DNA of 64,000 nucleotides from Octopus vulgaris (lineage: Eukaryota). Shown here piece after piece: positions 55,701 to 64,000 of the stretch. Each line of letters begins with the position of its first letter. Position 1 is the stretch's first letter. The notes under the pieces were generated by a model. The model was not told the DNA's origin, ran no database searches, and worked only from the letters and a program-made list of their open reading frames with translations. The translations under genes were made by a program, and so were the position numbers. Where the stretch lies: the NCBI GenBank assembly GCA_951406725.2, contig OX597814.1:60884001-60948000 (forward strand), in the 5' to 3' direction.

Positions 55701-57092
55701 ATATATTCCTGCTGTAAAAAGTCAGAAGTGATGGGTTGCTTGTGGTTACAATAACTTTGACTTGCTCAATCAGGGTTGAACAACAACAACCGTAGCAATG
55801 TAGTGCTGTTGTTTAGCCCCCAGTTTAGCCTTGGCTGTGCAGAACTATAATTAAAGGGATTTCAGTAATGACTGTCATAGCTTTGTTATGAGTGTGTTGG
55901 ACTACATTATCTAAAGCGTTCTTCCCTTATTCGTGACAGTGAACGTGATATGATTGAAGGGAGATTTTAGCTGCTATTCCTTGCAGTTCAAGCCACCATA
56001 TACAGAAAAGAAATATATGAATGAAAGGAACACATTGATAAAGATAGTGTGTATGTGTTGTAGAGAGAATAAGAGTTTTTGTATGTGAGTCGTTGTTCAA
56101 TCATTGATCAGCCCTGATCAAACAAACCTTATGATCAAAGATGCTTCAACTATGACCACCCTGACTTTAGGTGGTGGATTAGCTGAGTTATTAAAACATC
56201 AGATAGAATGTTTCATTATATTCTTTGCAGCCAGTTCATTCGTAATATTGTTGTTGTCATTGTTGAGGTGGGGGATTAAGTGCATAGATGCATCATAAAT
56301 GAAAATAATAAAAGGAGTTTCAATGTAGCTGCTCTGCTTGCCATAAATAGTGACCAAGTCATCCTCAAATCACACCATATTCTCTTCATTAAAAAGAAAA
56401 AACAGTTACATTGGATAATATAGTCTCATATCTGAATAAAAGATGAGATGGTCACAGCTGGAATATGTTTGATCACAATTATAACACTTAACACTAGTCA
56501 ACAATAACAACAGATGATGAAAATAATTATAAAATAAATTAAACCATGTAAATATTTTGGAGAAAAAAGCAAAGATGAAAAATAAAAAGTGTGTGTGTTG
56601 AATGGTCAGGGTAGAAATATCAATCAGTAATAGATCGTTTTAATTGAGACATTGAAACTGTTAATTAAATATAGTATGAGGGTGGAGGGAAAGGAAGCAT
56701 CTGAAAGATGATCAAGTGAGAGAGAGCATGTGAGAAGAAGTATATTATAAATGAAGGGGATATATTAATAAAGATAGTATGAGTGTGGTGGGCAATTAAA
56801 AGCTTTGGTGTGTGAATTGTTGTTGTTTAGTCTCAGATCAGCCCTAATGAACAAAGATTTTCCAATTGTGACCTTACTCTCTTAATTCTTTTGTTACCAT
56901 ATTTCTATTGAAATACACTTTGTGTTAATTGATTCTGAAAATAATGCACCAGACGCAGACATGGCTGTGTGGTAAGATGTTTGCTTCCCAACCACATGTG
57001 TAGCACCTTGGGCAAGTGTCTTCTGCTTTAGCCTCAAGCCAACCAAAGCCTTGTAAGTGGATTTGGCAGTTGGAAACTGTAAAGAATCCTGT

Positions 57093-57124
<32 letters not shown>

Positions 57125-57222
57125 ACGGGAAGCTTTATGAAAATAAACAAAAGACGAAGGCAGGTGGAAAACAAACGAACAATTGTATTAGTATGGCGCT
57201 CAGGAAATATAAATAAAACAAG

Positions 57223-57260
57223 TCTTTAACGTTTCGAGCCTACGCTCTTCAACAGAAAGA
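57223..57260 (-). ncRNA. Variant minimal hammerhead ribozyme at Penelope terminus
   Basis: Minus strand: tcttt CTGTTGA a gagc-gtag-gctc GAAA cg TT aaaga. Stem I 5 bp, stem II 4 bp, ACGT palindromic stem III, core CUGUUGA instead of CUGANGA. Confidence 0.7.
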
Positions 57261-57444
57261 TACACAGAGAGAGAAAAACACAGAAAGAAGGAGAGAAAAA
57301 AAATGCGTGCAGTAGCTAACGAATCAACATGGCGATCTGATTTCGGCCAGAGGTCAAAGATCAAACATGAGACGCGAGAGCGAAATAAGGGGAGATAATA
57401 GGGTTGATAAAAGGGTTGAGGGACCAGCTAAAAGTGCGTGGGAG

Positions 57445-57745
57445 GGGTCTGGATGTGTGTATGTATAGGGTTGGTGTATGTATTAGTATGTATAAGGGTG
57501 TGTGTGTGTGTGTATGAGAGAGTATTAGTGCGTAAGATTGGTCTGGACGTGCGTATGTATGGGGTTGGTGTATGTATTAGTATGTATTAGTACGTATTGG
57601 TATGTATAGGTGTGTGTGTGTGTGTGTGAGAGAGTATAAGTGCGTATGCGGGGTCTGGACGTGTGTATGTATAGGGTTGGTGTAAGTATTAGTATGTACT
57701 GGTATGTATTAGTACGTATTAGTATGTATTAGTTGGTGTGTGTAT
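57445..57745. repeat. Three-unit ~95-110 bp minisatellite inside the Penelope 3' region
   Basis: gtctgga(t/c)gtg(t/c)gtatgtat.gggttggtgta..gtattagtatgta starts near 57447, 57541, 57653. Confidence 0.8.
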
Positions 57746-57781
57746 TAGTATGGCACATCATATGTGATGTGATGTGTAAAG

Positions 57782-58714
57782 TCATGTGGTGTAGTGAGGA
57801 GAAGAGGGGAGGGGGAGAAGAGGGGGAGAGAAGGCGAGGGGAAGAAGAGGGGGAGGAGAAGGGGGAAGAGGAAAGGAGGGGGGAGAAGGAAGGGGAGGAG
57901 GGGGATGAAGGAGGAAAGAGGGAGGAGAGTGAGGGAAGGGGAAGAGGGAGGGAGAAAGAGGGAAGAAGGGAAGGGGAGTAGGGGTGAAAGGATGAAGGAC
58001 TGTAGAAGTAGGGGTCGGGGGAGAAAGGATAGGTGAGGAGGGGGAGAGGGGGTTAGATGAGGAGGGGGGAGAGTTGAGACCAAATGGCGTATAAGAGCGA
58101 AGAGAGAAGATTAATTCCTGTTCACGGCGCAAACGGGAATCCGGATGGCCTCTGTGTAAGGACAAACCGAACACAGATAGGTGTTGCAAGGAGTGACCGG
58201 TGGAGCGGAAATGGCGTGAGACCGGTGTGTCGTTCGCAAGGTGGATGTCACGAAGGTGTTCCGCGAACCGGTCAGCCAAGCGGCGTCCCGTTTGTCCGAT
58301 ATACAAGGAATTGCAGAGAGAGCAAGAGATGCAATAGATAATATTGCTGGAGGTGCAGGTGAAGGAGTGGATGATGGGATAGGGTCGATGGTGGGTGCTA
58401 GTGAGGCGGGTGGTGTTGGAGAGGTAAGGGCAAGTGCGGCAACGTGGGCGGGAGCAGGGGAACGAGCCGGGTTGGGAGGTAGGGTCAGGGAAGGAGCTAT
58501 GGACCAAAAGGTCTCGAAGGTTGTGGGCTCGTTTGAAAGAGGGGAGGGGTCGGTTAGGGAAGAGGTGTGAAGTGGACGGGTCGGACTGGAGATGACGGAA
58601 AGCTCGAAGAATGGTGCGTTGGAGACGTAGAGTCGTGGGGTGGTAAGTGAGGGGAAAAGGGAGGCGGGAGACTACAGGGCGGGTTCGGGGAGAGAGAGCA
58701 GATACACGGTCCAC
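57782..58714 (-). CDS. GIY-YIG endonuclease domain of Penelope-like element (partial; Pro-rich tail probably read-through into low-complexity 3' sequence)
   Basis: IIY..YIGQT..R..EH motif in provided 310 aa ORF; no RT domain upstream because the element is truncated. Confidence 0.8.
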   Translation of the reverse strand: MDRVSALSPRTRPVVSRLPFPLTYHPTTLRLQRTILRAFRHLQSDPSTSHLFPNRPLPSFKRAHNLRDLLVHSSFPDPTSQPGSFPCSRPRCRTCPYLSNTTRLTSTHHRPYPIIHSFTCTSSNIIYCISCSLCNSLYIGQTGRRLADRFAEHLRDIHLANDTPVSRHFRSTGHSLQHLSVFGLSLHRGHPDSRLRREQELIFSLRSYTPFGLNSPPSSSNPLSPSSPILSPPTPTSTVLHPFTPTPLPFFPLSPSLFPFPHSPPSFLLHPPPPLPSPPSFPLPPSPPPLLPLAFSPPLLPLPSSPHYTT

Positions 58715-59654
58715 GGACCGTGCTCTGGCAAGGGCGGTGTGGATAGTGGTGAGGGGGTATCCACGTAGGGTATATATGTGTGTGTGTGTGTGTGTCAGTG
58801 TTTGTCCCCACCACTACTTGACAACCAGTGTTAGTCTGTTTACATTCCTGTAAATTAGCTGTTTGGCAAAAATGACCAATGAAATAAGTACCAGGCTTAA
58901 ATAAACAAGTCCCTGGGGGAAATCAGTTTATTCAACTAACTTCTTCAAGGCATTGCCCCAGCATGGCCACAGTCAAATGACTGAAACAAGTAAAAGATAA
59001 AAGGTATATTTTCCAGCATACAAATCAAATTTTTCAGACCAAAAATTTACTGGCAAAGAAATTAGGTCGATTTATACACCAAGACAACTTCAGAGGACAA
59101 AAAATTTCCTGTGAAATGCAGCATGATTTTGAAAGATTGTAGCAATGTTTGAATGTTTACACTATATATAACATAAACTTGTATTCTGGTAAATATCGTA
59201 GAATTTATCAAAATAGATTTGTCACTATTAAGCCAGCTGCTTGAAACAATAACATGGAATTTTAGTGGAAGGTTTTAATGTAACACTTTATTATTTAAAC
59301 CAGCCATATAAGGCTACAAGGTAATTCAGGATAAATTCAAAACAATGTGAATAAATAATTGTTACATTTGATAGAATAATTGGAATGCTAAAGGGTTAAA
59401 TCACTTAAAAGCAGGAAGTTTATGTCATAGAACAAACAGCAGTCCCAGGTAGGTTGGTATCAAAAGGGTTAAGGTGGTGAATTGACCATCATTAAAACAT
59501 CAGATGGAAAGGCTTTTCTGTATTCTTTCCAGTTCTCAGCACTCTAAGTTAAAATCTTGAATGATCAACTTTTCTTTCATGTTTCATTCAAGGTATCAAT
59601 TTATGAAGTATTAGTCTAGTTTTTTCTCTCTCTCTCTCCCTCTCTCTCTCTCTA

Positions 59655-59750
<96 letters not shown>

Positions 59751-59944
59751 TAATCAGTTGTGGTTGGAACTGAAAAGGGATGCTTGATTTAGGAACACTC
59801 ACTCGTGGTACATTATATGTCATGATTGTGCCTCTGTGATGCCATCAGGAGTTGAGGTCCCAAGGCAAAGCATGACATCCCATCTCTGGATATATTAGTC
59901 AATGTGCCTTCCTATGTTGCACTTGTTATTTAACAAACCTGTGG

Positions 59945-60125
59945 TCAAAGATATTCTAGCCTTGACCATCCCACCTAGGAATATATTGTCCAATGCATCC
60001 TTCTTTTGTTGTTGTTATTGTTTAGTACCAAATCAGCCTTGACTCAGCAGATTTCTCAAAGATGTTCCAGTCATGACCATCCCATCTAGGAATATATTGC
60101 CCAATGTATCTTTCTTTATGTTGTT
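59945..60125. repeat. Tandem duplication (~111-bp period) of an old repeat fragment
   Basis: caaagat.ttc.ag...tgaccatccca.ctaggaatatattg.ccaatg occurs twice. Confidence 0.75.
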
Positions 60126-60129
60126 TTTG

Positions 60130-60580
60130 GCGAGAAACTCACAAATGATGAGAGCTTGGTGATAGGGTGCATTGTTGTCATAAAGAATCCATTCCTTTGC
60201 ACCCAACAGATCCAGTCATTCCACCAAGCGTCCTCCCTCAAATGCTTCAAAATGTTGTAGATTGTCCTTCAATGATCCTCATGCACAAGTTGATGGATTT
60301 TCTCCACATTTCTAGGGGTGACACTCATGGCAGTCTTCCAGATTGCTCATCATCTTCCAGAGATGTTCTTCTACTTTTGAAGTGCCCATGCCACTCAAAA
60401 CATTGTGTACAACTCATTGCCTCATCACCATAACCTTGCCAAACTATGCTCAATGTCTCTGTAGCAGACTTCCCAAGTTCAATCCAAAATTATACGTTGG
60501 CTCTTAGTTCCAACTTCCTGTCCATGACAAAAATCACAGACTACAGCAGACGCATGTTGACAAAAACACAAATTTCTCAA
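60130..60580 (-). mobile_element. Mariner transposase relic
   Basis: Reverse strand shows N-terminal HTH-like segment (YGDEAMSCTQCFEWHGHFKS.RTSLEDDEQSGR) joined to an HDNAP-like segment. Confidence 0.65.
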
Positions 60581-61329
60581 CTATATATGTATAAGATTAT
60601 TTTGTCAAATGGATCTGTATTAATTTAAGAATGTGATTTACAAATATTTGGCTGCTATGTCTAACAAGTTCAGCAACTAATTACATGCCTGCCTTTCAGT
60701 AGCTTGGATATTGATTTGTTTAATTAATTTATATAATGTAGGATGGAAAAGGAAGCAAATTTGTGGATATTGGTGGTAAATTCTGATAAAAACAATGCTG
60801 GAGATCTTATAGCGATGGGCTGTTAGTGAAACGATAGCAATATCATTAATTTAATGATGATGATGATGATGGCGACAGTGATGATAATCATCATCATGGA
60901 CATAATCATGACAATGATGGCAACAGCAGCAGTCAGCAGCGATGAAAAGATGAGCACTGGAGGTTTAAATGGAAAGCTATTTTTCAACCAGGATCAGAGG
61001 TCATTACTATGTACTTACATGCCAATCATGATTTGACAAACGGAGATAATTACTTGGAGAATTATCAAGGAATAAAGAAGATTAAACACTTCATGCACAA
61101 ACTCACACACACACACATATATATGCACGCACACACACTCATACATATTAAGACTGACTAGTACAATTACATGTATATTGTTGTGCCTACCCAAATACAG
61201 AAACATCATTAAAAAAAGTATTTAAAGCTGGAAAAGCCAGAAACAAGGTGAATATGAACTGGCTGGTCACCTGATTACTACTTCATGAAGCTGACCTGTT
61301 TCCTTTTATTGTTTTACAAAGTGTTTTCC

Positions 61330-63170
61330 ATGCTTTCATAGTTCAGCTGGATTGTTTTGGAGCTTCTGTTAAATTCCTTGTACTAACCACTAATGCAAGG
61401 AGAGAAAGCTGTTTTTTGTCTGTCAAACAGAGGGATTTAAGACTATCTGTCTCTTGAGATTTCCTCTACACTGATGACCTTGTTCTCAGGTTGTTGAATC
61501 ACTACCAAAACTAGAGAAGAAATTTCAGGTGTGGAAGCAAGATCTGACATCAGAGTGCCTTAGAGTTAACTTAGTGAAGGCCAAATCCTAGTAAGAAAAC
61601 AGACAAATTATTAATCCCTTCAATTGAGATAGCCCCGCTCAATATGCAGAAACTGTGTAAGTAGAAATTCTGTATGGTATATCCAGTGCAAGCTATGGAC
61701 ATATAAGAGGTGCAGCAATATCACAGGAAGGTTAGCTGAAAAAGTAGTCTGTGTGTGGCAGATATGCAGGTACAATAAACACTAGGAATGCACAGAAAAT
61801 AGATTTCCTCTGATGTCTGGGAGGATCCTTATACGTTGTAGATAATTACCACCACTTAGCTGACCAAGTCAGCAATGGAGGCAGATGCTCTGAAAGTGTA
61901 GTTGCTAGAACAAGAACAAGTTGGGCAAAGTTCAGAGAGCTACTACTTTGTTGGTATCAAAGGCCTTCTCCCTAAGAGTGAACGGTAGATAGTACGATGC
62001 CTCTGTATGAACAGCTATGCTACATGGCAATAACACATGGGCTGTGACTATAGAAGACATGCAAAGACTTACAAGAAATGAAGCCAGCATGTTCCATGAG
62101 ATGGATAATGTCACTGTGTATGTATGTCTAAGTGTAAATGATTTAGGAGAAAAATTGGGTATAAGAGGCATCAGATGCAGTGTGCAAGACAGAAGACTGT
62201 GGTGGTATGGTCATGTGATGCATATGGATGAGGTCAATATTTAATTGTGGAGAGAACCAGTGGAAGGGGTAAACCTAGGAAGATGTAGGACATAGTGGTG
62301 AGAAATGATCTTTAGATGTTGAACCCCACAGAGAAGACAAGGGACCAAGTTTTCTTGTGATTTATTGTACTTGAGAATTCATGTCGCGCTATGTAAAATT
62401 GTGGGCATCTATACATACAGGCATATCATTTACGACCAAACCCCCCACACACACACATAATCTTTCCTCTGTTAAAATACTACTATGACCCATCTTCCCA
62501 ACATACCCCATCCCACTACCTATAATCGCCACCCGCTACAGGCCCCCTCCACTTTCCCTCATGTGTCTATCAGCACTCTCTCCCTGTTCTAACAGATCTA
62601 CCATAACCACCTCCCAGCCTCTCCATTTTCTCTCACCATCACTCACTACAACCATGTCTTTCCCATCCCTCAAGACCTCCCTCCACACTCTTCTCGAATA
62701 TCCATCTCTATCCCCTCTGTACTTCTTTTATTCACCCGCCATTGTTCCCTATTGATAGGCTCCAATATATCTCCAACACCTATTTCTCTCACTCTTTCAA
62801 TCTAATTGCCTCCCTAACTCTCTCTCCCCTTCCTCTCCTTCCTTGTCCTACTGGGGTAACCAAGTATCTCCTCTATAGTATGACAACAATTTCTGCCCCT
62901 CTATTATACCCTTACCTCTCAACCTGGCTCACAGCCACTTCCCTCAGTTCCAATCCCTCTCTCAGCTGAGAGGTCTTTGTCTTGCAAGGTACTTGGCAAC
63001 ACCACTAGTTCCACATAAAAAGCACCCAGTACACTCTGTAAAGTGGTTGGCATTCAGACGGGCATCCAGCCATAGAAACCATACCAAAACAGACAAAGAG
63101 AGCCAGCTCCTGTTGAAACGTCCAACCCATGCTAGCATGGAAAACAGACATTGAAAGATGATGATGATGA
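61330..63170 (+). mobile_element. 5'-truncated RTE-clade LINE: decayed RT ORF, pyrimidine-rich 3' UTR, (GAT)n tail
   Basis: FLYTDDLVL (YADD-like), Cys-rich insert (PCSICR..CKLW..KRCS), MLHGNNTWAV, DRRLWWYGHVMHMDE, GRGKPRK; ends ggaaaacagacattgaaagatgatgatgatg. Confidence 0.88.
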
Positions 63171-63559
63171 GACAAACTAGAGTTAGAAGAGTTTATGATT
63201 TGATCATAGTTGATCTAATAGATCAGGGCTGTAAAGTCAAGACTGGAAGCAACTGTTGGATTACTGGATCAGAGTTGATAAAAATGTACCAACTCCAAAT
63301 CTTACAAAATGTAAACTGTAATATCACCGTATCCACCAGACTATCAGATGTTGTTATACACCACTGATCATGATGCACTTTTTCACAGGGTTACCGATTT
63401 ATAGCTGAGTCAGCTGGAGCAACATATAATAAAGTGTTTTGCTCAAGAACACACTGCGTAGCCAGTCTGGGAAATGAAATCACAATTCTGAGATTCTGAA
63501 TACAATTCTCTAACCACTAGTCCATATACCTTCACAAATTGTTATATACCACATTAAAA

Positions 63560-63970
63560 TAAGGCAGTGAGCTGGCAGAATTATTAGCATGCCAGACAAA
63601 ATGCTTAGTGGCATTTCATCTGTCCTTGGGTTCTGAGTTCAAATTCCACCAAGGTCAACTTTGCCTTTCATCCTTCCAGGGGTTGATGTAATCAGCTTAA
63701 CCCTTTCCCCAAAATTGCTGGGCTTGTGCCAAAATTTGAAAGCATTATTTATATATGAGATAAGCTGGCAGAATTGTTAGCTTGCTGGGCAAAATGCTTA
63801 GTGGCTTTTTGTCTGTTTTTACGTTCTGAGTTCAAATTCCACTGAGGTCACCTTTGCCTTTCATCCTTTCAGGGCTGAATAAAATAAGTACCAGTTGAGC
63901 ACTGGAGTATATGTAATCAGCTTAGCCTCTTCCCCAAAATTGTTGGCCTTGTGCCAACATTTAACACCAA
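63560..63970 (+). mobile_element. Two tandem SINE family B copies
   Basis: Units start ~63560 and ~63760. Confidence 0.8.
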
Positions 63971-64000
63971 TATACTACATTAAAATAGTTTTCTATGAAG

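Larger units (their letters stand above)
57125..58770 (-). mobile_element. Penelope-like retroelement, 5'-truncated, young (Neptune-like); GIY-YIG ORF, minisatellite 3' region and hammerhead-bearing terminus
   Basis: ORF 58714-57782 contains CSRPRCRTC and TCTSSNIIYCISCSLCNSLYIGQTGRRLADRFAEH...HF...REQELIFSL...GLN, typical PLE GIY-YIG endonuclease with Cys linker; CpG-rich; inserted in the (TA)n/(TG)n tract of a SINE. Confidence 0.92.
56950..59002 (+). mobile_element. SINE family A copy split by the Penelope insertion (56950-57098 and 58771-59002)
   Basis: 5' half ends at aaagaatcctgttg(TA)n; 3' half resumes (TG)n tttgtccccaccactacttgacaacc. Confidence 0.85.

Overview
AT-rich, microsatellite-dense, repeat-dominated eukaryotic (animal) genomic DNA. 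The SINE/LINE families look like those of octopus/coleoid cephalopods; this is inferred from family recognition and not verified. Almost every ORF in the track is spurious (microsatellite or repeat translation). The only host-gene signal is a repeat-poor, CpG-retaining island at ~25.9-29.4 kb. It holds a probable head-to-head promoter: a minus-strand first coding exon (ATG GAG GAA GAC GAC ACT AAG|gtaagt, MEEDDTK) and a plus-strand non-coding exon ending in GAG|gtaagt. The rest of the window would then be two very long first introns. These are filled with tRNA-derived SINEs (three families), 5'-truncated RTE LINEs with long (GAT)n-tailed 3' UTRs, relics of CRE-like and R4/Dong-like REL-endonuclease retrotransposons, two Penelope-like (GIY-YIG) elements, mariner/maT relics and several MITEs. 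The most notable unexplained structure is a dispersed set of minimal type I hammerhead ribozyme motifs with palindromic stem III. Three are near-intact (23555-23597, 24083-24129, 57223-57260) and several are decayed. They are carried by different short elements, mostly lodged in (TA)n tracts, and two long fold-back inverted repeats also contain them. Repeat boundaries were estimated by eye and are approximate.
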